64,000 bases of DNA, from positions 518,611 to 582,610 of the forward strand of contig OY762654.1 of the NCBI GenBank assembly GCA_963666205.1. Direction: 5' to 3'. This document shows positions 8,296 through 17,501 of the stretch, piece after piece. The position numbers and the translations under genes were made by a program. Below the pieces are notes generated by a model. The model did no database searches. It was not told the origin of the DNA and saw nothing but the letters and a program-made list of their open reading frames with translations. Source of the DNA: Synergistales bacterium (GTDB taxonomy: Bacteria > Synergistota > Synergistia > Synergistales > JAFGMB01). Positions within the stretch are counted from its first letter, which is position 1; every line of letters starts with the position of its first letter.

Positions 8296-9681
8296 ATGGG
8301 CATACTTCCAGTAAATATATTCAGAGAATACGATATACGCGGGATAGCAGAGAAAGAACTGACAGATGAAGTTGTAGAACTTATCGGGAGCGCTTTCGGA
8401 ACATACCTTGCGGAAAAGGATATACGGAAGATATCTATCGGTGGAGATGTCAGACATTCTACCGAACGGATAAAAAATGCAGCCATAAAAGGATTGACAT
8501 CAGCTGGGATAGACGTAATAGACATCGGGGTAGTAACTACACCTATCCTTTACTGGAGCTTGTTTCATTTTGATCTGAATGGTGCTTTGATGATAACAGG
8601 AAGCCACAATCCCAAAGACATGAACGGATTAAAACTTGCCTGTGGAAAGACAACACTTTATGGAGAAGAAATACAGAGAATCCGCTCGATCATAGAGGAA
8701 AACAGGATCGTCAGAGCTCCCGTAAAGGGTATTACAAGCAAAGCCGATATTTCAGAGGAATATATCCGAATGCTGGTTTCTAAGATCAGTCTTGGCGAAA
8801 AGAAACTTAAAGTTGCTGTTGATTCAGGGAACGGTACCGCTGGAATATTCATAAGATCTTTTCTTGAGGGTATCGGCTGTGAGATCATTCCTTTATTTTG
8901 CGAACCTGATGGGGATTTCCCAAATCATCATCCTGACCCTCTTAAAAGGGAAAACCTTGCCTTTGTTATTGAACAGGTGCGCAAACATAATGCAGATGCA
9001 GGGATAGCCTTTGACGGTGACGCGGACAGGATAGGAGTCGTCGATAACAAAGGAGATGTAGTATGGGGTGATACTCTTATGGCCCTTTACTGGCGAGAGA
9101 TACTTCCTAAAAATCCTGGCGCTGTCGCAATAATCGAAGTCAAATGCTCGCAAGCACTTGAAGACGAGATCCTTCGTCTTGGAGGGAAGCCCTATTACTG
9201 GAAGGCTGGACATTCCCTGATAAAGGCCAAAATGAAGGAGTTGAATGCCCTCTTCTCAGGCGAACTTTCCGGCCACATGTTCTTTGCAGATGAATACTAC
9301 GGTTTTGATGATTCTTTTTATGCAGCAGGCAGACTCCTTCGCATACTCTCAAACAGTGACAAGTCTCTTTCCGAACTTCTTACGAATATGCCGGTTTATC
9401 ACAGCACGGCTGAAATAAGAATTGACTGTCCTGATGAGAGAAAGTTTGATGTTATCGAAAAGATCAAGACAGAGGCCCTTAGAGATCATGATGCAATTAC
9501 AATTGATGGTGTTAGAATAATCTATTCCCGGGGATGGGGTCTTGTAAGAGCATCCAACACACAACCTGTAATAGTAAGCAGGTGCGAAGGGAAAACAAGA
9601 GAAGACCTCGATGGAATAACCCATGACATGAAGAACAGGATGCTGAAAGCAGGCCTTCCTGATTTTGAGTGGACCTATTAA
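8296..9681 (+). CDS. Phosphomannomutase/phosphoglucomutase (alpha-D-phosphohexomutase)
   Basis: Active-site loop TGSHNP, metal loop DGDADR, sugar loop GELSGH. 461 aa. Confidence 0.9.
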   Translation: MGILPVNIFREYDIRGIAEKELTDEVVELIGSAFGTYLAEKDIRKISIGGDVRHSTERIKNAAIKGLTSAGIDVIDIGVVTTPILYWSLFHFDLNGALMITGSHNPKDMNGLKLACGKTTLYGEEIQRIRSIIEENRIVRAPVKGITSKADISEEYIRMLVSKISLGEKKLKVAVDSGNGTAGIFIRSFLEGIGCEIIPLFCEPDGDFPNHHPDPLKRENLAFVIEQVRKHNADAGIAFDGDADRIGVVDNKGDVVWGDTLMALYWREILPKNPGAVAIIEVKCSQALEDEILRLGGKPYYWKAGHSLIKAKMKELNALFSGELSGHMFFADEYYGFDDSFYAAGRLLRILSNSDKSLSELLTNMPVYHSTAEIRIDCPDERKFDVIEKIKTEALRDHDAITIDGVRIIYSRGWGLVRASNTQPVIVSRCEGKTREDLDGITHDMKNRMLKAGLPDFEWTY

Positions 9682-9712
9682 GTGCACCGACTAACAAGAA
9701 GAAATAAAAAAA

Positions 9713-9742
9713 GACCCAGTAGTGCCACTGGGTCTTTTTTTA
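9713..9742. terminator. Bidirectional intrinsic terminator
   Basis: agacccagt / actgggtct 9-bp stem with a 6-nt loop, flanked by A7 and T7 runs. Lies between convergent genes. Confidence 0.8.
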
Positions 9743-10621
9743 TTTCTTCTTCCATAACATTCTACCTTTCTCAAATATGTACTCCAGGCATCCCTCGTCA
9801 TAAAGATATGCTAAATGGGCAGATATTGTTGCAAGATTCAATACATACTGGGTTGGATTAAGTTGTAGTCTATATCTGTTCATGAAAAGAGCAAGAATAT
9901 CTTCCCGCGAAGAAGGAGTTTTACATTTATCTTCAATTTCAGTACTGATAGATATGATATTGGCTCTGTTCTTTTTGACCAGGGGCAAGATATTATCAGT
10001 GACACCAGCATGACAGGGAACATATACCGAAGCTTCCGCAGTTTCCAGAAAAGCAATCGTTTCAAGAGCGGATCTGACATCAAGGGTCACGACAAGATGA
10101 TATTTGTCTATGACATCTTCTGAAAAAAGGCTGTCTGCAATATAAAATACTCCATCCGGTGTTCTGATACCTATCATATCGAGAAAATGCCCAGGCAAGG
10201 GAACAGCTTCAAGTTCTGTTCCGGGAATAGCTCCTGAATTATCGATAATCCGGGTAATCCTTGAGGGCATTGCCTGGAGAAACTTGTTCTTAAGTGTGCT
10301 GAAAGGAAAGGCAGACCACAGAATCAGCGGTTCCATGAATGGATTCTCAGTTATAAAACCTTCGATTCTGGTACCAATGACATGGCATTGTGTTTTCTTT
10401 TGGAGGTATGCATTACCTCCAACATGATCTGCATTGGAATGGGTATTAATTATGGCAGAAAGCTCCAGGCCCTCTTTTTCAAAAAGCCGGAAAAGATGTC
10501 TCCCGGCAGTCTCGTCGCCTCCACTATCGATCAGGACAGATTCTGAGTTACTGACATAAAGGCCAAGATTAACCTTTCCAGGGATATAAAAACTTTTACC
10601 TGCAATATGACATAACTCCAT
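9740..10621 (-). CDS. MBL-fold metallo-hydrolase (variant metal motif)
   Basis: The motif-2 region reads THSNADHVGG (HxNxDH instead of HxHxDH). Start moved to M17 (MELCHIAGK) because it has an AGAGGAAG RBS. Confidence 0.75.
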   Translation of the reverse strand: MELCHIAGKSFYIPGKVNLGLYVSNSESVLIDSGGDETAGRHLFRLFEKEGLELSAIINTHSNADHVGGNAYLQKKTQCHVIGTRIEGFITENPFMEPLILWSAFPFSTLKNKFLQAMPSRITRIIDNSGAIPGTELEAVPLPGHFLDMIGIRTPDGVFYIADSLFSEDVIDKYHLVVTLDVRSALETIAFLETAEASVYVPCHAGVTDNILPLVKKNRANIISISTEIEDKCKTPSSREDILALFMNRYRLQLNPTQYVLNLATISAHLAYLYDEGCLEYIFEKGRMLWKKK

Positions 10622-10714
10622 TGTCGAACACTTCCTCTTTGAATACAGACTTGCTTGTATTATAAACATATTTATTGAAGGATAGATGATGCATACTATT
10701 CAGTATTATCTTTC

Positions 10715-10795
10715 TATTTAGACTTATTTAGACCCATTACTAAAAAACAGCTTCATCGTTTATAATTAGTGCAACGTACCATTGGTACGTACCAA
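10715..10795 (+). promoter_or_regulatory. Promoter/operator region of the small peptide gene
   Basis: Direct repeat TATTTAGAC-t-TATTTAGAC (10715-10733, 10-bp phasing). TATAAT at 10761-10766. Overlapping palindromes CGTACCAtTGGTACG (10775-10789) and the perfect 14-mer TTGGTACGTACCAA (10782-10795). Confidence 0.45.
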
Positions 10796-10835
10796 TTCTT
10801 CCCGGAAACCCATACTGCGAAGGAGGTGTACAAAA

Positions 10836-10958
10836 ATGGAAAACAAATATGATATGTCCACAACCAATATCCTCGGAAACAATCCAAATGATAGTGATGA
10901 TTTTGCTGCTGTAATGAATGATCTCAACGATGATCTCCTTCGGACCAGGCTTGATTAG
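10836..10958 (+). CDS. 40-aa acidic Asn/Asp-rich peptide (unannotated small ORF)
   Basis: GGAGGTG RBS 7 nt upstream of the ATG. Product is MENKYDMSTTNILGNNPNDSDDFAAVMNDLNDDLLRTRLD. It has its own promoter/operator upstream and its own terminator downstream. It is below the ORF-track length cutoff. Confidence 0.5.
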   Translation: MENKYDMSTTNILGNNPNDSDDFAAVMNDLNDDLLRTRLD

Positions 10959-10996
10959 AGCTGAAATCAGTGTTTTAAATATATTAAAGTCTGTTA

Positions 10997-11029
10997 AATG
11001 AGGTTAGTTTTACTAATCTCATTTTTTTT
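10997..11029 (+). terminator. Intrinsic terminator after the small peptide gene
   Basis: aatgaggtta / taatctcatt stem (one G-U pair), 7-nt loop, followed by a T8 run. Confidence 0.7.
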
Positions 11030-11131
11030 GTCTCTGAAATATTTTTATTGCATACAAGAAAGACTTCCATTAAATTGCCTGTAACCTCCAGTTGAGATAT
11101 AATTCCCCCCGTAAACAGGAGGTGACATTTC

Positions 11132-11923
11132 ATGAATAATGCTATTGAGATAATAGACCTTCATAAATCTTTTGGTAATTTGAATGTCCTTAAAGGAATT
11201 TCTCTATCTGTAAAGGAAGGAGAAGTTGTTTCGGTTATTGGACCAAGCGGATCAGGCAAAAGCACTCTTGCCAGATGTATTTGCAGACTTGAAGAAATAA
11301 ACAGTGGGGAGATAAGACTTTATGGAACCAGGTTCGAGAATAAACAACATTCCAATAAAGAGCTTTCCAGTATGGTTGGCATGATATTCCAGCAATTCAA
11401 CCTTTTCCCACACCTTTCTGTTCTGGATAATATAACCCTTTCACCAGTTAAAGTAAGGAATTTTACAAAAGAAAAAGCAGATAAACTGGCTAAGGATCTA
11501 CTGGACCGGGTTGGTCTTTCTGACAAGATCCATGCCAGGCCTAGACAGCTTTCGGGCGGACAGATGCAAAGGGTCGCCATTGCAAGGGCTCTGGCCATGG
11601 AACCCAAAATAATGCTTTTCGATGAACCTACCAGTGCACTGGACCCGGAGCTGGTCGGAGAAGTGCTGGATGTTATTGCCGGGCTCGCTAAAACAGGTAT
11701 GACCATGATGATAATAACCCACGAAATGCTATTCGCTAAAGAAGTGTCTGACAGGGTTCTTTTCATGGATGACGGGAGGATAATCGAAGACGGCACTCCC
11801 TCAGAAGTCCTGACTCATCCAACCCAGGCCAGGACCCAGACTTTCCTTAAAAGAATGCTTGCTCATTTTGGGGAACAGTTAACAAAAGACACTTTCGGGA
11901 AGGATGATCGATATGAATCTTGA
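11132..11923 (+). CDS. Polar amino acid ABC transporter ATP-binding protein (GlnQ/HisP-like)
   Basis: [35 protein letters not shown]. Own promoter TTGCCT-17-TATAAT (11075-11103). GGAGGTG RBS. Confidence 0.9.
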   Translation: MNNAIEIIDLHKSFGNLNVLKGISLSVKEGEVVSVIGPSGSGKSTLARCICRLEEINSGEIRLYGTRFENKQHSNKELSSMVGMIFQQFNLFPHLSVLDNITLSPVKVRNFTKEKADKLAKDLLDRVGLSDKIHARPRQLSGGQMQRVAIARALAMEPKIMLFDEPTSALDPELVGEVLDVIAGLAKTGMTMMIITHEMLFAKEVSDRVLFMDDGRIIEDGTPSEVLTHPTQARTQTFLKRMLAHFGEQLTKDTFGKDDRYES

Positions 11924-12566
11924 TTTTGTGACTCTTATACCCTACCTTCATATGTTCTGGGCTGGAGTCGTAATAACGATCAAGGCATCGATCCTTGCAG
12001 TAATACTGGGTTCGATCCTGGGTGTAATTGTGGGAGCCTTGAGAGTCCTACCTTTCAAAACGCTCCGATCTGTTGCAGCTGCATATATTTATATAATCAG
12101 GGGAACACCCCTTCTTATACAGCTCTTTCTGATATATTTCGGTCTTCCTTCCCTGGGACTTAATCTGCCAGCCTTTGCAGCCGGAATTGTAGGTCTGTCC
12201 ATTAATTCCTCCGGATACGTGGGTGAGATAGTAAGAGGGGGCATAGAAGCTGTTCCAAAGGGACAATGGGAAGCATCACAGGTTCTTGGCCTATCCTACA
12301 TTAAGTCCATGAAACACATCATCCTTCCACAGGCAATAAGAAATATGCTTCCTGCCTTCGGGAATGAGTTCATAACCTTGATCAAGGAATCATCCCTGCT
12401 TTCGACCCTTGCTATCACAGAACTCACAATGGTAGGACAGCAGGTGAGAAGTGTAACATACGCATCCTTCGAAACCTTTATTCTTGTAGGACTTATATAT
12501 CTTTTCCTGACAAGCTGCATAGGACTTGGACTGGGAATAGTAGAAAAACATTGGCAGGTGAGTTGA
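11904..12566 (+). CDS. Polar amino acid ABC transporter permease (HisM/GlnP-like)
   Basis: His/Glu/Gln/Arg/opine-type permease core ([24 protein letters not shown]). Overlaps the ATPase gene by 20 nt. Confidence 0.9.
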   Translation: MIDMNLDFVTLIPYLHMFWAGVVITIKASILAVILGSILGVIVGALRVLPFKTLRSVAAAYIYIIRGTPLLIQLFLIYFGLPSLGLNLPAFAAGIVGLSINSSGYVGEIVRGGIEAVPKGQWEASQVLGLSYIKSMKHIILPQAIRNMLPAFGNEFITLIKESSLLSTLAITELTMVGQQVRSVTYASFETFILVGLIYLFLTSCIGLGLGIVEKHWQVS

Positions 12567-12589
12567 AAAAGCAGCCTGGCTGCTTTTTC
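12565..12589. terminator. Bidirectional terminator wedged between two convergent stop codons
   Basis: gaaaaagcagcc tg(g) gctgctttttc. Both stop codons (12564-12566 and 12588-12590) lie inside the hairpin flanks. Confidence 0.75.
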
Positions 12590-13517
12590 AACTTTTGATT
12601 CCTGCAATATGGCCCTGTTGATTCCCGTAACGGGTCATTATTATTTCTGCATCAGAAGCATCAAGAAAACCCCATCCTGCCGACACTACTTCCTTTATGG
12701 ATAGTTTTCTTTTTCTCCTGAGCTCTTCCCACAGGTTCATGTTTATATACATCCAGACTCTTAGTTCATTATAATCATTTCCAGAATATTCTATAAGAAG
12801 AATAAAGTAACCCAATGCATTTGATATAACTATGGGATTTGAAAACTTGGCATTCATATTCTTCAGGTTATCTCTTGTAAAACCAAGACTTTCAATATCA
12901 GCCAACTCCTCTTCCCCGGGAAGAGGAGCTAAGGAGAACCACATTCTGGGATAATTAAATGGATCCTGGAAAACATCTGAAGCATATGTATACCAGATTT
13001 TAATCCTTTCCAGCATCTCTGGATTTCGCTCAAATAACGCCTTTCTTATTCCCCAATAAGCTTTTGACAATCCATCATGTACAGAAATACTTGAAAGAAA
13101 TGATTGTTCATCACTCCACTCCTTATGTTCTCCAGGAATTTCAAACCCTCTGCTTATACCCCGAAGTACCAACACGGTAGATATATGGTTTCCTGGAGGA
13201 GGAATCTGTTCAAAAAGGACTGCTTTGAGTTTTGCTACTGTCTCTTCATTCAGGGTAATATCCGGAATATTCTGTTCCTTTAATAAAAGGGGAATATCGT
13301 CGTAAAGAAATACTTCTTTCCATTCTCTGGTTCCCAGCTTTCCCCAGGTCCAACTGTCCATGCTATTTAACGAACTACCGATGAGGACACGGTTAAAGGG
13401 TAAAAAGAGCGCTACTAACACAGAAAGATGAGCTGGCAGTCCAGAAACTTCCATCCCTTCAGGAAGTTTAACAATTTTTCCATCTGACATCAGTTCCAAT
13501 ACTATCATAATGCTCAC
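12588..13517 (-). CDS. Hypothetical protein (309 aa, no recognisable domain)
   Basis: Long clean ORF with coding-like composition and its own terminator. I recognise no family motif. Confidence 0.6.
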   Translation of the reverse strand: MSIMIVLELMSDGKIVKLPEGMEVSGLPAHLSVLVALFLPFNRVLIGSSLNSMDSWTWGKLGTREWKEVFLYDDIPLLLKEQNIPDITLNEETVAKLKAVLFEQIPPPGNHISTVLVLRGISRGFEIPGEHKEWSDEQSFLSSISVHDGLSKAYWGIRKALFERNPEMLERIKIWYTYASDVFQDPFNYPRMWFSLAPLPGEEELADIESLGFTRDNLKNMNAKFSNPIVISNALGYFILLIEYSGNDYNELRVWMYINMNLWEELRRKRKLSIKEVVSAGWGFLDASDAEIIMTRYGNQQGHIAGIKS

Positions 13518-13628
13518 CTCCCTAGTAAGAGCCTATCACGCTGAACAGATAAAGGCAAGATATTTTCTGTGCAAAATGAAGATTTATTTTCATTAATCCA
13601 GAGATGGCAAATGAATATGTATATGAAA

Positions 13629-13663
13629 CAAAAAAGGAGATGGAAATTATTTCTTCCATCTCC
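13629..13663 (-). terminator. Intrinsic terminator of the acyltransferase gene
   Basis: ggagatggaa / ttccatctcc 10-bp stem followed by a T6 run on the minus strand. The 5' arm lies within the last codons of the CDS. Confidence 0.7.
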
Positions 13664-14498
13664 TGTGTAACCATAACCATTGTTCAGGGTGTTTCTTTAT
13701 CATTCTCTCAAGAACATCATTCGCCTCTCTGGTTATAGACTCAAGTCTTCCTGCACGATCCAGTCCTTCTGGATCTGAAAGGGGGGGATAAATCCTTATC
13801 TCATGCTGGAATGGTTTTTTTCGGTAAGAAACGAGCGGAATTATGGGAACCCTGGCAAGATGAGAAAGTGCTGCTGGTCCAACGGGAGCAGAGCAAACCT
13901 CACCCATAAAAGGAACATGGGCTCCTTCCTTTCCGCCATCCTGGTCTGCCAGGATGGCTATGAAGGCTCCTTTTCTGGCCATTTTGGCAGCTCCAAGCAT
14001 AATGTTATATTTTGAGAATGTCTTGAGTCCTATAGTCTTTCTGAAGTCTGCCAGCATCGAAGCAACACTTCTGTCATTAGGTGCCCTTACAACAGCATGG
14101 ATAGGATATCCCCGACTTACAAGCCATCCTGCAAGCAATTCCCAGTTACCTATATGCCCCGTTAGAATGATTGCACCCTTCCCATCCCGGGAAAGAGACT
14201 GTAGTATATCTTCACCCTTAACATCAACAAACCAGCTCTGAACCTGGCCAGGAGCCTTTACGAGACACATATACTCCACAAGGGACCATGCAAGGTGATG
14301 GTAGCATTTATTCAGAATATTCTTTTTCCAGGCCATATCCTTTCCAGGGAATGCCCTGGAAAGGTTTTCAATCCCCACCTCTTTCCTGGGAGAGACAGCG
14401 GATAGCAGTTTCCCCAGAAATGCAGCCGCAAAGGAAGCTCTCCACCCAGGTGAAACAAACTTATGAAAAGCATTTAACAGAATAGATTGCAGAGTCAA
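13647..14498 (-). CDS. Lipid A late acyltransferase (LpxL/HtrB family lysophospholipid acyltransferase)
   Basis: HIGNWE (HX4E) catalytic motif and family-typical length. TTG start with GGAGGAGG RBS 6 nt upstream. Confidence 0.8.
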   Translation of the reverse strand: MTLQSILLNAFHKFVSPGWRASFAAAFLGKLLSAVSPRKEVGIENLSRAFPGKDMAWKKNILNKCYHHLAWSLVEYMCLVKAPGQVQSWFVDVKGEDILQSLSRDGKGAIILTGHIGNWELLAGWLVSRGYPIHAVVRAPNDRSVASMLADFRKTIGLKTFSKYNIMLGAAKMARKGAFIAILADQDGGKEGAHVPFMGEVCSAPVGPAALSHLARVPIIPLVSYRKKPFQHEIRIYPPLSDPEGLDRAGRLESITREANDVLERMIKKHPEQWLWLHRRWKK

Positions 14499-14524
14499 AG
14501 ATTACCTCCTCCGGGCATAAAAGA

Positions 14525-15805
14525 TCATCTGCATTTCACCATGAAGAAACGTTTTTTACCAAGTCGTAAGAAAAGATATCCACCATGAAGAAGGCTCTCT
14601 TTATCAATAGCATGGTCTTCTTCAGTTATTCTTCCGCCATTGAGATATAGACCACCGCCCTTTATGAGACGCCGGGCTTCTCCTTTGCTCTTTGTTGCTC
14701 CAGAAAGGACTAACAGATCTGCTATCACCAATGGAAATGTTGTCTCTATCTCTGAGAACGGGACCTCGTTAATGAGAGTTTTAACCATATTATCCTGTAA
14801 TTCTGCAGGTTCAAAAGCCCCCCCAAACAGTATCTCACTTGCTCTTTTAGCCATTTCTGAAGCATCGATCCCATGCACAATACCTGTTATTTCGGATGCG
14901 AGGATCTTCTGGGCCTCACGTTTTTCGGGTGCTTTTTTATGATGTTCAACTATTTCCGCGATTTCTTCCAGGGAAAGGAATGTAAATAATCTGAGAAGCT
15001 TTTCTACGTCCGCATCCTCTGTGTTGATCCAGAACTGATAGAACTTGTAGGGAGAAGTCTTTTCAGGGTCAAGCCATACCGCTCCCTCTTCCGTCTTTCC
15101 GAACTTGGTTCCGGAAGAACTCAAGAGAAGAGGATTTGTTCCCCCATAAACGTCTCCGCCACTCATTCTTCTTACAAGTTCAATTCCTGAAACGATGTTT
15201 CCCTGTTGGTCATTTCCACCCATCTGAAGGCGACAGCCATATTCTCTGTAAAGGTGATAGAAGTCAAAAGCCTGCAGCAGCGAATAGGAGAATTCAGTAA
15301 AGGAAATACTTTTATCAGGATCGTTAAGTCTGGATCGTACATGTTCTTTGGCTATCATATAATTAATGGTGAAATGCTTACCCACATCCCTGAGAAACTC
15401 CAGGAATGTCATAGCGTTCAACCATGTATAGTTATTAACTATCAGGGCTGAATTTTTTACGGAATCAAAGCTCATAAAATGTGCAAGCTGTTTCTTGACT
15501 CCCTCGATATTGTTCTCTATCTGCTCAAGAGTCAGAAGGACTCTCTCTTTACTCTTAAAGGAAGGGTCCCCTATCATTCCAGTACCACCGCCTGCAATAC
15601 AGATAGGCCGGTGACCAAGCTTCTGAAGCCAGGCAAGCCCCATAATTGGTATTAGATGCCCAACATGAAGGCTGTCGGCTGTAGGGTCAAAACCAACATA
15701 TGCAGTCACCATTTCCCTTTCAAAGAGGGCTCTGAGTTCATCTGGATTGCTGCACCATTCAATATAACCACGCTGTTGAAGAATATCATACGCATTCTGA
15801 ACCAT
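14525..15805 (-). CDS. tyrS: Tyrosine--tRNA ligase
   Basis: HIGH motif HVGHLIP, KMSKS-type KFGKT, C-terminal S4-like domain. Start moved from the track's GTG (15871) to ATG 15805, which has a GGGGAGG RBS 9 nt upstream. This gives 427 aa. Confidence 0.9.
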   Translation of the reverse strand: MVQNAYDILQQRGYIEWCSNPDELRALFEREMVTAYVGFDPTADSLHVGHLIPIMGLAWLQKLGHRPICIAGGGTGMIGDPSFKSKERVLLTLEQIENNIEGVKKQLAHFMSFDSVKNSALIVNNYTWLNAMTFLEFLRDVGKHFTINYMIAKEHVRSRLNDPDKSISFTEFSYSLLQAFDFYHLYREYGCRLQMGGNDQQGNIVSGIELVRRMSGGDVYGGTNPLLLSSSGTKFGKTEEGAVWLDPEKTSPYKFYQFWINTEDADVEKLLRLFTFLSLEEIAEIVEHHKKAPEKREAQKILASEITGIVHGIDASEMAKRASEILFGGAFEPAELQDNMVKTLINEVPFSEIETTFPLVIADLLVLSGATKSKGEARRLIKGGGLYLNGGRITEEDHAIDKESLLHGGYLFLRLGKKRFFMVKCR

Positions 15806-15863
15806 TTTAAACAACCTCCCCAGGTTAACGGTGTCTGGTTTGCAAGAAAAATCTTTTATCTTT

Positions 15864-17348
15864 TCATTCACGACTTACAAGTTCAACATTCTCCCATCTT
15901 ATACGGCCCTTTTCAAGTGATTTCATAACAAAAGAGATCTTACCCATCTTTTCCAACTTGCGGGAAGATTCCATGATAACCCTGGTCCTATCTGCCATGG
16001 GACTCCCCATTTTTTCGGCAAGGGAAGAAGCAGTGATAAGGCTTTCAAAGGCTTTGGAAAGACCTGGTCCATCAAGGAAAAACCATAAAACGGATTGATC
16101 GTCCTTTTCCATAATGGGTAGGGCGACCGAAGGTTTTTCTTTTTTTTCAAGAAGCTCCTTTTCCATAAAACCCATAACAGCAAGATCATTATTCGCAGCA
16201 GCAACCAGAGAAAGAGGAAGAGAAGAAGAACCTCCCATTTCATACCCTTCAATAAGATCAACAGATGGTCTGAATGTTCCCCATCTTCTTGACCAGAAAA
16301 GGTCCACAAAGTCCAGACCGGACTGTCCCCTTCCGATCAACTGAAGGATCAGTCCTGGAAAAGAAAAAAGCAGGAACTTACTTTTCCCTGATATATTAAG
16401 AACAGTAGGGCCAGAAATGATTTCCCTGAATCCGTCAGGAGAGATACCCAGATCTTCCTGCCATTTTTCAAGACCCAGGATATGATAATCATTTTCATCT
16501 ATACTGGGAATGTTAACACCTGCCGCGAAAATATTCGGGGAAGGGAACAGAAGGTATTCCTTCCATTTTCTGGAGTGTATCTTCTGGAGGATCTGTTCCG
16601 GAATTATTTCATCAAGCCCTGATATCTTCCATTCAAGCTCTCCAGATCCTTCAACATCAATCCAGTCAGCCTTCACCACTACTTTCCCCGGCTTGACCTG
16701 TAATCCGTAAAGAGCTCCTATCTGGCTCAGTAACCCTCCATCATTCATCATTGCATGATTTGGATATTTGTCTTTTCTCTCAAACTTTATATTTTCCAGA
16801 TCTCCAGCAAGTATTGCAATCATCTCATCAAGACCTGAAGCGCTATCTGAAATCAGCATCATACCACCATTTTTTTTCATTAAGAGAGGTTCGCTACTTC
16901 CCGGAGAAAATAACTGAAAGAAATCGTCCTCACTCTTTTTCAGGACATATCCTTCAAGGGCTACCCACTCTCTCGGTATCTCTCCACTGGAAAGCACCTG
17001 AAGATCATTGAAATTAAAACGGATAGAACCGGATAACTTGAGATCTTTATCTTCTATCCGGATCAACAGGGCTCCAGAGTCACTTTTGGAAAGGAGGGGG
17101 GAAAGAGAGGTCAATTCATTGCGGTAGGGTATATTCTTACCCATCTTTTTAAAAAGAATTTCACCTGCATCAAGGTTGAAACTCTTACCCTCCCCAATAA
17201 TGAATATATAAGGCTTGTTTCCATCTGGTTGAGGAATGGCAGAATAAATATCCCTGTCTTCCGGAACATGCCCCAGAAAGAACATCACTGCAGCGGCAGA
17301 AAGAATTGCAGTAAAGATAGCTCCCCAGTATAAAATGTTTTTTTTCAC
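15864..17348 (-). CDS. Membrane-anchored hypothetical protein (~494 aa)
   Basis: Preferred start is GTG 17348 (KKNILYWGAIFTAILSAAAVMFFLG signal-anchor) with a GAGGGTGA RBS. The rest is predicted extracytoplasmic with no motif I recognise. Confidence 0.6.
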   Translation of the reverse strand: MKKNILYWGAIFTAILSAAAVMFFLGHVPEDRDIYSAIPQPDGNKPYIFIIGEGKSFNLDAGEILFKKMGKNIPYRNELTSLSPLLSKSDSGALLIRIEDKDLKLSGSIRFNFNDLQVLSSGEIPREWVALEGYVLKKSEDDFFQLFSPGSSEPLLMKKNGGMMLISDSASGLDEMIAILAGDLENIKFERKDKYPNHAMMNDGGLLSQIGALYGLQVKPGKVVVKADWIDVEGSGELEWKISGLDEIIPEQILQKIHSRKWKEYLLFPSPNIFAAGVNIPSIDENDYHILGLEKWQEDLGISPDGFREIISGPTVLNISGKSKFLLFSFPGLILQLIGRGQSGLDFVDLFWSRRWGTFRPSVDLIEGYEMGGSSSLPLSLVAAANNDLAVMGFMEKELLEKKEKPSVALPIMEKDDQSVLWFFLDGPGLSKAFESLITASSLAEKMGSPMADRTRVIMESSRKLEKMGKISFVMKSLEKGRIRWENVELVSRE

Positions 17349-17419
17349 AGGATCACCCTCACTTCCTGAACTTAAAATATTCAGGGCTAAAATCAATAAA
17401 ACCCTTTTTCTGTAAATTA

Positions 17420-17471
17420 CAAAATCGGCACTGTGGATCCGGTTCTAACCTTTACCGGATCCACAGTGCCG
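17420..17471 (-). terminator. Intrinsic terminator with a perfect 17-bp stem
   Basis: cggcactgtggatccgg / ccggatccacagtgccg with a 12-nt loop, followed on the minus strand by AUUUUGUAAUUU. Lies just downstream of the beta-CASP gene. Confidence 0.75.
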
Positions 17472-17501
17472 AAGGATTGCCTACGATTGCATTAAAAAAA
17501 A

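Noticed and set aside
11320-11796. Long antisense or alternative-frame ORFs inside confident genes (for example 11320-11796, 22687-23199, 44868-45353, 46638-47087, 51611-52135, 54759-55256, 61236-61730, 24311-24745).
   Set aside because: Each lies wholly within a gene with strong family motifs on the other strand or frame, and lacks an RBS and promoter. They are typical shadow ORFs.
14525-15871. T-box leaders upstream of tyrS (15806-15871) and asnS (53003-53278).
   Set aside because: The gap before tyrS is too short. The asnS leader lacks the conserved T-box sequence (no GGUGGUACCGCG-like block) and has no terminator/antiterminator pair.
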